A stretch of DNA of 64,000 nt from Squalus acanthias. Lineage: Eukaryota. The position numbers and the translations under genes were made by a program. This document shows, piece after piece, positions 39,914 to 50,894 of the stretch. The notes beneath the pieces are model-generated. The model was not told the DNA's origin and made no database searches. It saw nothing but the letters and a program-made list of their open reading frames with translations. The DNA lies in assembly GCA_030390025.1 (NCBI GenBank), contig CM059427.1, forward strand, positions 47,120,001-47,184,000, written 5' to 3'. Position 1 is the stretch's first letter; each line of letters opens with the position of its first letter.

Positions 39914-40082
39914 AACATAGAAACACAGAACATAGAAAAATAGGAGCAGGAGTAGGCCATTCGGCCCTTCGAGCCTGCTCCGCCATTCAATATGATCATG
40001 GCTGATCCTCTATCTCAATACCATATTCACGCTCTCTCCCCATACCCCTTGATGCCTTTTGTGTCTAGAAATCTATCTATCT
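39914..40082 (-). mobile_element. CR1 3' tail inserted in the Harbinger subterminal region
   Basis: catagaaaaataggagcaggagtaggccattcggccc..; nearly identical to 4039-4183. Confidence 0.85.
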
Positions 40083-42256
40083 CCACTCTCCCTGCCATTG
40101 CTTACGGCAGGCGGAAAGGAAGGGGGCGCCACTCAATATCCGGTCCGGGGTGCCACCAGGGCGTTGCACGCTTGACTGACGTCACGATCTGTGGGCGCAG
40201 GAGATCGTGGCGGTAGAGTTTAGCACCGTTGCAAAAACTCTGGTCAATTTCACGAGCGGTGCAAACATCGCCGCGCCCGGGCGCTAGTTGCTTTGCACCC
40301 CATTAGCGCCCTCTTAGGGCGCTAACGTGAGGTGCAAAGCAACCAAATTTTACCCCCTTTGTTCTTCCACATAACCTAGTCTTTCACTATTAAGAAAATA
40401 TTCCAATTTGTTTTTTTGAGATCCAATGTGGATATTGTTCAAAATATCAAAAGTAAGACAACCATCAGTATTGATTTTAGTTATTATTCACTGAGACTCT
40501 AGCCATGATAATGTCAACTACAATAAATTGTACCAGAAAATTTTATTCGCTGGTTGTTAACTTTGCAACATAGATTTTATTTTTGCAGTATTGTGCTAAA
40601 GATTGCTCTTTACATTGCTGATACCAGAATACTGGTTATAAAATGCACCCCCATAAATGTGATTACAAATTGAATACATTATGTAACAGTTCTCTTTTTA
40701 ATCTTCTAATAATAAACTAGTAATTTGACATCAATATTAATATTGTAATAATATAGTGCCTATGTCAGCTTAAACAGCTCGAGCACGTCATGAGATGTTT
40801 TATCAGACAACAATTATGTCCATGATTACAAATATAATCCTTCCAAAGTGAATGCCTATTGTTGTCATGCTTTCTTCCTTTATTTCTGTATTACTTAAAC
40901 TCAGAAAAGTTCTAAAACAATCCATGTTAGTTTTGCTCTACTCTCCTATGGATTAAAGAAATAAATTAAGAAAATCAAGAAAAGAGAACTGCCACCATTA
41001 ACAATACAGTGCTTTTAGTATATTTGATAAATGAATGTTAATGATAGTCCTCGGTAGCTTGATATAACCCCAACAATATGGAGCAAGTAGCATGAAACAA
41101 CCCATCTTTAATTCCAGGGCAAACCTTATGTGAAATTAATATTTTCGTCAAGATTACCATTGCATACTTTTAGATAGAGAAAAAAATTAGGTAAATTTGG
41201 CCTTTGAATTTGGAGAGTTCAAAGTTAAGGTCCTCTGAATTTGAATACAAGGCTTGAATACTGAGACTTGAGTGCACAAGGTGATGAATGCCAAGGGTTC
41301 AGAGATGCACCAACACCCATGCAATGGTGACTCCAACACTTGATTGGCAGGTATTTAAATACATACTGCCACTAATCCACTAAATATTTAGCTGCATACT
41401 GTCTCTAAATATGAATTCAGCCAAATTTATATTGTTCAGAATAATCATGTTTGGATCAACCTTCTTTCGTTTTAGTAACCTATATTCTACCATAATGACA
41501 AGCATTCATTTATCGCTACCTTTGTTCATCCAATTTTCCATAATTGTCACATATATTAGGAAGATTCCAGCAGGATGATAAAGAAATATAAAAAGACAAA
41601 ATGTAAATAATCAATCTAAATTGATCATGATCAACCACAAATCTGTTCATTTGCTGCTGTAGAGCTTGTATAAAACCAATGTATTAGTAACCTAGGAAAG
41701 GACAGGATCAATAAAAGACTGTAGTCTATCTGACTGCTCACAAAAACTAATGCCTCTCATTCATCTACTCCTTCAAATATCCATCCAATTATCTCTTAAA
41801 TTTCCCACATTTTCTGTATCCATTTCCTCCCTCAACAGCCCATTCCACACTTTCACCAACCCTTACATAACATTGCTAAATCTAAACAGTCTGCGCACCT
41901 GCCCTCTTCCAAGCTTCAGCCTGTATATTTGCTTCCAGAAGGGGTCATCTTGATTTGCTACATAAACAGACTTTATTGTCTGGGAGGGGCCAAGCCATTC
42001 AATTCAATACAAGCATTTTGTGGGCTTTGTTTGTATATATGTTTAATTGACAGCCCTTTCTGAGTTTAAGAGATACATGCTTAAATTGGCCTGAAAGATA
42101 GATGTTATAACCAGTGACCCAAAATACAGAAATGAATATTTTCTGTTCAATCCCTGGGCTCACTACAAATTTTCTATAGTAGGTAAAGGCACTTTGCTCA
42201 TCAAAGTATGAGAAGTCGCACAACACCAGGTTATAGTCCAACAGTTTTATTTAAAA

Positions 42257-42293
42257 TTACGAGCTTTCGGAGCTCCGCTCCTTCTTCAGGTAA
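42257..42293 (-). ncRNA. Minimal hammerhead ribozyme motif (PLE family A)
   Basis: rc: ttac CTGAAGA a ggagc gga gctcc GAAA GCT C gtaa. Confidence 0.72.
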
Positions 42294-42442
42294 AGGTACA
42301 GTGAGGGAATACAAATCGATTACACCGTATATATACACAGAGAACAATGTGTCTGCAGAGATACAATCTGTTAGGGAGGCATTACATCAAAGACACATCA
42401 GAGTACAGCTAAGACAATGAGGAGGGTCACAGGGGGTCCAGG

Positions 42443-42643
42443 CAGGATTGTTACCTCCCAGTCGGGGAACACTTCAGCAGTCAAGGACATTCAGCCTCGG
42501 ATCTGCAGGTTAGCGTTCTCCAAGGCGGCCTTCGAGACACACGACAACGCAAAATCATCGAGCAGAAACTGACAGCCAAGTTCCGCACCCACGAGGACGG
42601 ACTCAACAGGGATCTTGGGTTCATGTCACGCTACAGAACGTGA
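42443..42643 (+). pseudogene. Penelope GIY-YIG endonuclease C-terminal fragment
   Basis: Own translation (not in ORF track): QDCYLPVGEHFSSQGHSASDLQVSVLQGGLRDTRQRKIIEQKLTAKFRTHEDGLNRDLGFMSRYRT*; PV..HF...GH..R...E....GLN is the PLE GIY-YIG signature. Confidence 0.9.
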
Positions 42644-42868
42644 CTCGACATCGTTGTCTGTTTTTCCAGTTTTTAAAAAAAAGTTAAAAGCTCAACTGCA
42701 GACGGCAGCATTTGACACGTTGGACCCCCTGTGACCCATCTCATTGTCTTAGCTGTACTCTGATGTGTCTTTGATGTAATGCCTCCCTAACAGATTGTAT
42801 CTCTGCAGACACATTGTTCTCTGTGTATATATACGGTGTAATCGACTTGTATTCCCTCACTGTACCTG

Positions 42869-42903
42869 TACCTGAAGAAGGAGCGGAGCTCCGAAAGCTC
42901 GTA
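42869..42903 (+). ncRNA. Minimal hammerhead ribozyme motif (PLE family A)
   Basis: tac CTGAAGA a ggagc gga gctcc GAAA GCT C gta; CUC cleavage triplet. Confidence 0.72.
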
Positions 42904-43553
42904 ATTTTAAATAAAGCTGTTGGACTATAACCTGGTGTTGTGCGACTTCTCATTTTTGTCCACCCCAGTCCAACACCGGCATCTCCGCATCCTCATCAAA
43001 GTAAGCAAGGCTTTACCTTCCTGAGTGCTGAACCTGAGAAGGAAAAGAACCCAAAGATGTAACTTCAGAGTTTGTAGAAATCTTGAACATATTATTAGGG
43101 TTCAGTTTGTCTATCCCCTTAAGAATCTTGAATACTCGAATAACATCTGCCCTGAGCATTCCCTTTCCCCAGAGTAAACAATCCCAGGCTCTTTAATCTC
43201 TCCTCAGAGGCCAGAAGTGTTAAGCTAGCTATTAATTTTGTTAATAGTTCTGACAAAGGGTCATCGACCTGAAACTCTGTATTTTGCCATTGGGGCGGGC
43301 TGGGGGCGTGTCAGGTGGTTTTCGTGTCAGGAACCCGACTCCGATGTGAAGTGGGAAAAAAGTGCGAATTTCCCCTAATTGGGCAATTGATTTCCAGCGT
43401 GTGGGAACACCTGGCCCAATTAGTCTTTCCATCCTGAAAGTCGCCTCCGATGACATCATCAGTGCTGCTGGATTTAAGACCTGCAAGCAGCCTTGCTTCT
43501 ACTGGAGACTGCAAAGGCTCTGCAAATTGTATGAAGGTGTTGATTTCCCGACA

Positions 43554-44260
43554 ATGTCCACGATCAAGCAAAAGTGTGCACCTCAGTTTGATGAGCCCTC
43601 CCTCCAAGCTCTGGTGCATGGAGCCAGATGTAATAAGGAGGTGCTGTTCCCTTCCTCAGGTAGAAAAAAGCCACCCCAGCAGACAAAAGCTGTGTGGCTG
43701 CAAGTGGCCCAGGAGGTCAACTCCATTTCGCTGAGCCGCAGAACCTGGCTGCAATGCACGAAGAGGTTTCATGATCTTCTCCGCACAGGAAAAGTGAGTA
43801 TGACTTTCCCATCACCCTCAATCTGATCCCCATCGCCTCTCCTCACCAGCACTCTGCTTTGCCAACCTCTTCCTCCACATGCCACTTGACACTTACATGC
43901 CTGCACCCTTACCCATTCCCTCTCTCTCAAAGGTTACATTCACTTAACTATTCGACCATGCAGCCCTCACACTCCCTATCACTGTGATGCCATGACAACA
44001 ACAACTTTCAACACACAGGGATGGTCCTTTGTATCATTCTAAGCATCTATGCTATGGATTATCTACACTCACTCCTTCATTCTCACTCAAACTCCACTTT
44101 TGTCCCTCATTGCAGGAAAAGAGAGCCCACAATATAGGGAAAGAGTGAGGACAGGAGGAGGGCCACCCTCAGTAGCCCAGCTCACCACCTGGGAGGAGAT
44201 GGCCCTGGAAATCGCCGGGATCGAGGAGGATTCCCAAGTGGGGGACGGACAGATGGGCGC
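43554..44260 (+). pseudogene. Harbinger Myb/SANT protein exons 1 (43554-43793) and 2 (44116-~44260)
   Basis: APQFDEPSLQALV..VLFP..WLQVAQEVN..RTWLQCTKRFHDL, donor GTGAGT at 43794; exon 2 RERVRTGGGPP. Confidence 0.88.
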
Positions 44261-45217
44261 ATCTTCAGCAAGCCGATGGTTTGTTCGATTATGAATCTGG
44301 TGGAAATGTGGCTGGAGTTGTAGCGCTCCTCAGCTTCGTTGGATGGGCTCCTCAACGGCGTCATTAGCCACGTCTTCAGGGGATAGCCCTTGTCTCCAAG
44401 TAGCCATCCGAAAAGTTGGTCTGGCGGACTGAGGAGCGGAGGCACACTAGACTGGCGCTGGATGAAGGAGTCATGGCAACTGCCAGGGTACTTGGCGCAA
44501 ACATGCAAAATTTCCTTCTTGTGGTCACACACCAGCTGTACGTTGAGGGAGTGGAAGCCCTTGCGGTTGACAAAAAATACCTGGATTGTGATGGGGTGCC
44601 TTAAGTGCCACATGTGTGCAGTCAACGACGCCCTGCACCCTTGGAAAGCCTGCCAGATTGTCAAACCCAACCACACGCGCAGTTACACTAGCTTGATCCT
44701 TGGAGAAATTGATGTAATTGTGAGCGATGGCAAAGAGGGCATCGGTTACCTGCATGATGCAAGTGTGTGCGGCCGCCTGGGAGACGCTGCTGATGTCTGC
44801 TGCTGATCCCTGAAATGAGCCTGAAGCAAAAAAGTTGAGTGCGATGGTGACTTTGACGGCCACTGGTAAGGGGTGTCCACCTGCTCCTCTGGGCTCCAGC
44901 TCTTGCTGCAGCATTGTGCAGATGTCACCCACTACCTCTCGCGAAAGTCGGAGCCTCCTTTGGCACTGCTGCTCAGTCATGTTGAGGTAGCTGATCCTCT
45001 GTCTGTAGACCCTGCTTTGGGGGTATCTCCTGCGCCGACATGCTTCCATGCGCTGGTGCCTTCTGGCCTATGCAGCTTCAGGTGGGTGAGCAATAGCTTG
45101 GAGCTCCTGCTGTTGCTCCTGCAGTTGGTGCTGCTGTTGTTCAGGGTTCTGCTGCTGCCGCGGCTAGTCTTCGTCCGAATCTGATGTCCAGGAGGAAAGG
45201 AAATAAATAGTTCCCAT
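44257..45217 (-). pseudogene. Harbinger/HARBI1-like transposase, frameshifted and C-terminally truncated
   Basis: [60 protein letters not shown]. Confidence 0.93.
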
Positions 45218-46317
45218 GCTTCTGGTATATACCTCAGTTGAGGAAGCGCTCATTCAAGGTGGGGAGAGGGGTTTCCCAGGAGGTCACACTGGAGATGGGT
45301 GTCAGGCTCCAAACTTCCAGACAATGAGTAGGCCTGCTAAAAGTTCCCCCAGATTGAGACAACAAAGTTCTGCCACCTGCAAATGATGATTGCTGAAAAC
45401 TCCTTTTTAATGGTGGAGCTGCAGCTGTTACTAAGCAATCCACTTGTGCCGCCGCCAGGTTTCACTGGCGTGTTCCAGAGGAGACGTGAACCACGTGGGA
45501 AAAGTGTTAAAATCAGAAAGGCCTCTCAAAATGGGATTATAGAGGCAATTAAGTGGTTGTAAAGGGCCTATCCCGCCTCTTGGAGGCGGGATGGAAACGG
45601 GGTCAGAAAACACGCATGTGGGAAAATTGCTCGGAGGTGGGATGGAGGCGGGATCGGGCCGGCCCGCCCACCTTTTTTTGCGATTTTGCAGCCTCACACG
45701 CCTCCAATCCCACCTCCTCGGGCCTGGTAAAATCCAGCCCATTAACTCTGCTTCTCTCTCTACAGATGCTGCCTGACCTGCTGAGTATTTCCAGCATTTT
45801 CTGTTTTTATTTCAGATTTCCAGCATCCGCAGTATTTTGCTTTTGTATTAATTTTGTTGCTCTGTTTTTGCACTGCTTCCAATGTTTGGATATCGTTGCT
45901 GTAGTATGCCAATCAGAATTGTACATAGTACTCAAGATGTCACTATATGAGTGCCTGGTCATATCGCCTCCTAGGTTTTGTGGTCCATTCCCCGGTTATA
46001 TATTCCAAGATCTGATTAACTTTCTTTACTTGTGCCACACACTATGCTTTTGGTTTCAGCACCCTATCACCAAAATCCCTCTCCACTGCTGTGCCAAGTA
46101 GTCTTGAACCATCTGGATTATATTCCCACTTTTTTCCTTTCCAGATCTTAATGCCTTGCATGTGTCCATATTAAATGCCATTTGCTACCTTCCCAATGTA
46201 TACAGATTGTTTTGTATTTGGTTTCGCTGTTCCTATTATTTAAAGACCCACCCTCCCAGTTTGATGTCATCTGCAAACTTAGTTCTGGGTCGTTGCTGTT
46301 TACAGTGTATATAACTA

Positions 46318-46715
46318 GCTCTTTTCTCCAGAAAAGAGAATACTGAGAGGTGACCTGATAGAGGTCTTTAGAGTTATGAAGGGGTTCAATAGGTAGATGT
46401 AGGGAAGATGTTTACACGTGTGGTGAGTCTAAAACTAGGGGTCATGAATATAAGACAGTCACCAACAAATCCAATAAAGAATTCAGGAGAAACTACTTTA
46501 CTCAGAGCGTGGTGAGAATGTGGAACTCGCGACCGCATGGAGTGGTTGAGGCGAATAGCATAGATACATTTAAGGGGAAGCTAGATAAGTACATGAGGTA
46601 CAAAAGATTAGAAGGATATGTCAATAAAGTGAGATGAAGTAGATAGAGTGGGAGGAGGTTCGTGTGGAGCATAAAAACCGGTTGGGCCGAATAGCCTGTT
46701 CTGTGCTGTAAATTC
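46318..46715 (+). mobile_element. CR1 3' fragment
   Basis: ctgagaggtgacctgatagaggtc (LRGDLIEV) and tail gggccgaatagcctgttctgtgctgtaa. Confidence 0.85.
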
Positions 46716-48196
46716 CAGGTAAATGTTGGGGAAAGAATCAAAACTGTCTGAACTCTGTGGTGCTCTGCTAGTAATCTCTTGCCATGTCAAGCAGCTCTGT
46801 TCACAACCACAATTTGCTTGCTCTAGTTTAACCAATTTTTAGTTAACTTCAGATGCTTACCTACCATACCTTTCTAACCTTTGAAATAATTACTTGTAAA
46901 ACATGTTATCAAAATCTTGCTGAAATCCAAATACATCACATTCAGAGAACTTCAGTTCTCAACAAGCTTCGTCATTTCCTCAAAGAATTCTTAATCAACT
47001 TATTAAGAAATAACCTCCCTTCCATAAATCAATCCTGACTCCCTGTTACCATACCATATCTATCTAGATGTTTCATTATCCGTTCTTTCAAGATTACCCA
47101 CAGCAGATGTCAAGTTCACTGGCCTGCAGTTCCTGGGTCGTCTCTCTGCTCCTTTTAAAGATTTCATTTATTTTGGCTACTTTCTAATCTTCAGGCATTG
47201 CTCCAGATTCTAAGGATTCCCCAGAATTCGTGGCAAAGACGAAACTGATTTCACTTCTTTAAATATCCTTATATGAAGTCCATTCAGGCACGGTGCCTTG
47301 CCTTCCTTTAACTTCCTCAGCCCATCACTGATCACCTTATTTAAAATGTCTATTCATTTTATTATTTATTCCATCCCACCTCCCTGGAAATTCATTTTCC
47401 TTGCTGGGCAGACTGCTTATGACCTTCTCTGTGAACAAAGAAAAGGATTTGTTTCAGATATGTTTCATAGTATTTACAGCACAGAAACAGGCCATTTAGC
47501 CCAACAGGCCCATGACGGTGTTTATGCTCCACATGAGCCTCCTCCCATTCTTCTTCATCTAACCCCATCAACATATCCTTCTATTCCTTTCTCCTTGTGT
47601 TTATCTAGCTTCCCATTAAATGCATCTTTGCTAGTCGCCTCAACTATTCCTTGTGGTAGCGAGTTCCACATCCTACCCACTCTCTGGGTAAAGAGGTTTC
47701 TACTGAATTCCCTACTGGATTTATTAGTGGCTAGCTTATATTTATGGTCCCTTGTTCTGGTCTCCCCCGCAAGTTGAAACATCTTCTCTATGTCTACCCT
47801 ATCAAACCCTTTCATAAAGACCTCTATCAGGTCACGCCTCAGTCTTCCCTTTTCTAGAGAAAAGAGCCCCAGGCTGTTCAATCTTTCCTGATTAGTTTAA
47901 CCTCTCAGTTCTGATATCATCCTAGTAAAAAAAAAATTCACCTTCTCCAGTGCCTCTATATCCTTTTGATAATATGGAGACCAGAACTGTTCATAGTACT
48001 CCACGGATGGTCTAACCAAGGTTCTATACAAGTTTAACATAACGTGTCTGTTTTTCAATTCTATCTCTCTGGAAATTAATCCCAGTGCTGGGTTTGCTTT
48101 TTTTAAATGGCCTTATTAACCTGCAGCACTACTTTTAGTGATTTGTGTATCTGTATCCACAGATCCCTCTGCTCCTCCACCCCATTTAGACACTTA

Positions 48197-48445
48197 GGGC
48201 TGGATTTTGATACTGCGGCGGGTTGGGGTCGTGTTATCCACCCGACTGCAATTGGATGTGGGAGATTGATGCAATTTTCACCTAATTGGGCAATTGAGTT
48301 CCAGCATGTGGGAACCCATGACCCAATTAGTGTTTTCAGTCTGAAAGTCACCTCTGATGATGTCATCATTGCTGATGCATTGAATGTCTTCAAACACTGC
48401 CTGGCCTTTGGTGTGAGAGGACCTGGATGCAGCAGCTCTAAGGAG

Positions 48446-48478
<33 letters not shown>

Positions 48479-48861
48479 CACAGAGAATTTTTTTGCACCA
48501 GCACTCCCACATGCCTGCCAGCCACTCACTCACTGATAGTAAGCCCAGCCACTGATAGTCAGCCAGCCAAATGTGCTCCCGCCAGGTTTCACAATCGTGG
48601 TTCACAACAGGCGTGCTTCACGTAGAACAAGGGTTAAAATCACAAAGGCCTTTCAAAATGGCATTATAGAGCCAATTTAGTGCTTGTTAAGGGCCTTAAC
48701 AGCCTATCCTGTCTCTTAAAGGCGGGACGGAGTCGGGACCAGCAGACACAATTTCATGAAAATTGCATGGAGGCAGACTTGTGCCCGCCTGCCAGTTTTT
48801 GCAATTTTAACCCCCCACACGCCTCCAAACCCGCCTCCACGGGTCAATGAAAATCCAGCCC
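48197..48861. mobile_element. 665-bp Harbinger MITE related to the 43277-45740 family
   Basis: Perfect 12-bp TIR gggctggatttt; canonical TTA TSD (48194-96, 48862-64); shares ctaattgggcaattga..cccaattagt..ctgaaagtc with 43375-43460. Confidence 0.92.
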
Positions 48862-49180
48862 TTATTTTCCAAAGAGTATGCAGCCTCCTTATTCTTCCTA
48901 CCAAAATGTACCACCTCACATTTATCCATATTGAAGTTCATTTGCCAATTACATGTCCATTCTGCAAGTTTATTAATGCCTGTCTGTATTTTGTCACAGT
49001 CCTCCTCTGTATTAACTATACCGCCGAATTTGATGCTGTACGCAAATTTTGAAATTGCACTTCTGATTCCTGAGTCAAGATTGTTTATGTAAATGGGGAA
49101 CAGCAGTGGTCCTGGCACCAATCCATGTGGAACACCACTTCCCATCTTTTGCCAGTCTGAATAATTACCTTTAACCCCTA

Positions 49181-49403
49181 ATACAAAAGCAAAATACTGC
49201 AGATGCTGGAAATCAGAAATAAAAACAGAAAATGCTGGAAATACTCAGCAGGTCAGGCAGCATCTGTGGAGAGGAAAAACAGAGTTAACGTTTCAGGTCG
49301 ATGACCCTGACGAAGGGTCATCGACCTGAAATGTTAACTCTGTTTCTCTCTCCACAGATGCTGCCTGACCTGCTGAGTATTTCCAGCATTTTCTGTTTTT
49401 ATT
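49181..49403 (-). mobile_element. Palindromic Penelope-like family B element with a hammerhead core at the hairpin apex
   Basis: ~90-bp arms 49218-49308 / 49314-49403, loop gacga; CTGACGA agggtcatcgacct GAAA; 14-17 bp TSD attacctttaaccccta (49164-80, 49401-17). Confidence 0.88.
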
Positions 49404-50137
49404 ACCTTTAACCCCTACTCTCTATTTTGTAGCCAGCTTGCTATCCGTTCTGCTACTTGTCCCCTGACTCTACATGTTCTGAACCTTAATCATGAGTCTA
49501 CTATGTGGTATCTTATCGAAGGCCTTTTGAAAATCCAAATATACTAACGTCTACTGCATTACCCTTGTCTACCCTTTCAGTTACTTCTTCAAAGAATTCA
49601 ATAAGATTGGAATCCGTGCTGACTATTCTTCATTATATTTTTAGTTTCTAGATGTTTTTCAGTGACATCTTCGAGTAAGGATTCCATTAACTTTCCTCTC
49701 CTTTGCTCATTTGATAGCATGCCGCCTTTGAATATTTCAATGGCCTCATTTGTTTCCTTTCACTTCATTGATAAAATAGATTCATAGAAATGCTTGATAT
49801 TTCTTTTAATGTTCCCTGCTGTCCTAATCCCATTTTCTATTCAGTTCTTCTGATAAGTTTCTTAACATCTTTTACCTTTCTGTTTAATAACAGTCTCAGT
49901 TCATAGTGCCACCTGGCGTTTTATTCATTAGGAACAATAGTTTAGGTTTTCTGTTCAAGTAAGGGCAGCTTCTGGGGGTAAGCCGAGCGGGGTGTGTTGG
50001 CATGTTCTTCTCCCAGTCTGCTCCCCGCTTACCTCTGTCACTTCCATTATTTTCTGCCAACACTGGTGTTCATGGATAATCTAGCCTAAATATAGATTGG
50101 TATATTACAATTGGAGGCAGATGACAGGAATGCGTCA

Positions 50138-50450
50138 CACAACAATAACTTGCATTTATATAGTGCTTTTAAAATAGTGAAGCACCCCAAGGTGCTTCAC
50201 AGGAGCAATATCAAATAAAATTTGATACTGAGCCATATAAGGAGATATTAGGACAGATGACCAACAGCTTGGTCAAAGAGGTAGGTTTTAAGAAGCATCT
50301 TAAAAGAGGAGAGAGAGGTAGAGTGGCAGGGAAGATTAAAGAGGGAATTCCAGAGCTTAGGGCCCAGGCAGCTAAAGGCCTCCAATGGTGGAGCAATGAA
50401 TATCAGGGATGAGCAAGAGGCTAGAATTGGAGGAGCGCAGAGATCAATAT
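50138..50450 (-). mobile_element. L2 3' end
   Basis: AFSCLGPKLWNSL..SLSSFKMLLKTYLFDQA and (TTG)n tail. Confidence 0.88.
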
Positions 50451-50894
50451 TTGCCTGTGATTTGTGCCTCCGAAACAGAGGGCACAAGGGATGCTTCTGC
50501 ATCCTTGGTATCCAGTGTTGATATGGCTGGCAGAGGGGCTATTTAAATTTTTTATTCCATGAAAGAGTTGAATTGTTTTGGGCAATTGATTAAGTTCCCC
50601 AGCAATAAATTTCAATTTATTGTAAACTTTAATTGTCTCTAACGAGGGAATGCTGCACAGAATGTTTCCTTCTTGTGTGTTAGGACACATATTGATTAAG
50701 TTCTCCAGACCCATAATTTGGAAAACTAAAAGAAAATTCTGCACCTCCTTCACTGCCCTGGAGGCCTCTGGCTACTTTGCCTCCAGCTAAATATGTTTCA
50801 TGCGCAAGAAGTTCAAAATCCTGAAAGAGGTTCATAGTCAATGGATTACAAAAATCCAAAAGCTAGTGTTGATTCTTTAGGTACTGAACCTTTT

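Larger units (their letters stand above)
36033..40357 (+). mobile_element. Near full-length PIF/Harbinger DNA transposon (4.3 kb)
   Basis: TIRs GGGGGAGAAATT / (rc) GGGGGTAAAATT, 3-bp TSD ttt (36030-32, 40358-60); convergent Myb/SANT and DDE transposase genes. Confidence 0.95.
35375..40435 (-). mobile_element. CR1 3' fragment (35375-36032 and 40358-40435) interrupted by a Harbinger
   Basis: LEFRRLRGD..RTRGHNLKIR; reconstructed empty site aatccc-ttt-gttcttcc reads as continuous CR1. Confidence 0.85.
42209..42991 (+). mobile_element. 5'-truncated Penelope-like element family A with an inverted 3' copy
   Basis: ~232-bp inverted arms 42209-42440 and 42721-42952, 39-bp tail, 12-bp TSD ctcatcaaagta (42197-42208, 42992-43003). 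Confidence 0.95.
43277..45740 (+). mobile_element. Centrally deleted PIF/Harbinger transposon (second family)
   Basis: Right TIR (rc) gggctggatttt, clipped left TIR ctgtatttt; Myb exons on + strand and transposase on - strand. Confidence 0.92.
43243..45850 (+). mobile_element. Penelope-like family B 3' end (43243-43275 and 45741-45850), split by a Harbinger
   Basis: gttctgacaaagggtcatcgacctgaaac | attaactctgcttctctctctacagatgctgcc..; 13-bp TSD tattaattttgtt (43230-42, 45846-58). Confidence 0.85.
47463..49700 (-). mobile_element. CR1 RT-to-3' fragment containing Harbinger MITE and PLE insertions
   Basis: SGVPHGLVPGPLLF.IYINNL, ISKFA, WQMNFNMDKCEVVHFG, RLRRDLIEVF, WNSLPQG. Confidence 0.9.

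Noticed and set aside
42208-42953. Two near-identical 70-aa ORFs on opposite strands
   Set aside because: Mirror images from the Penelope inverted repeat; no protein signature
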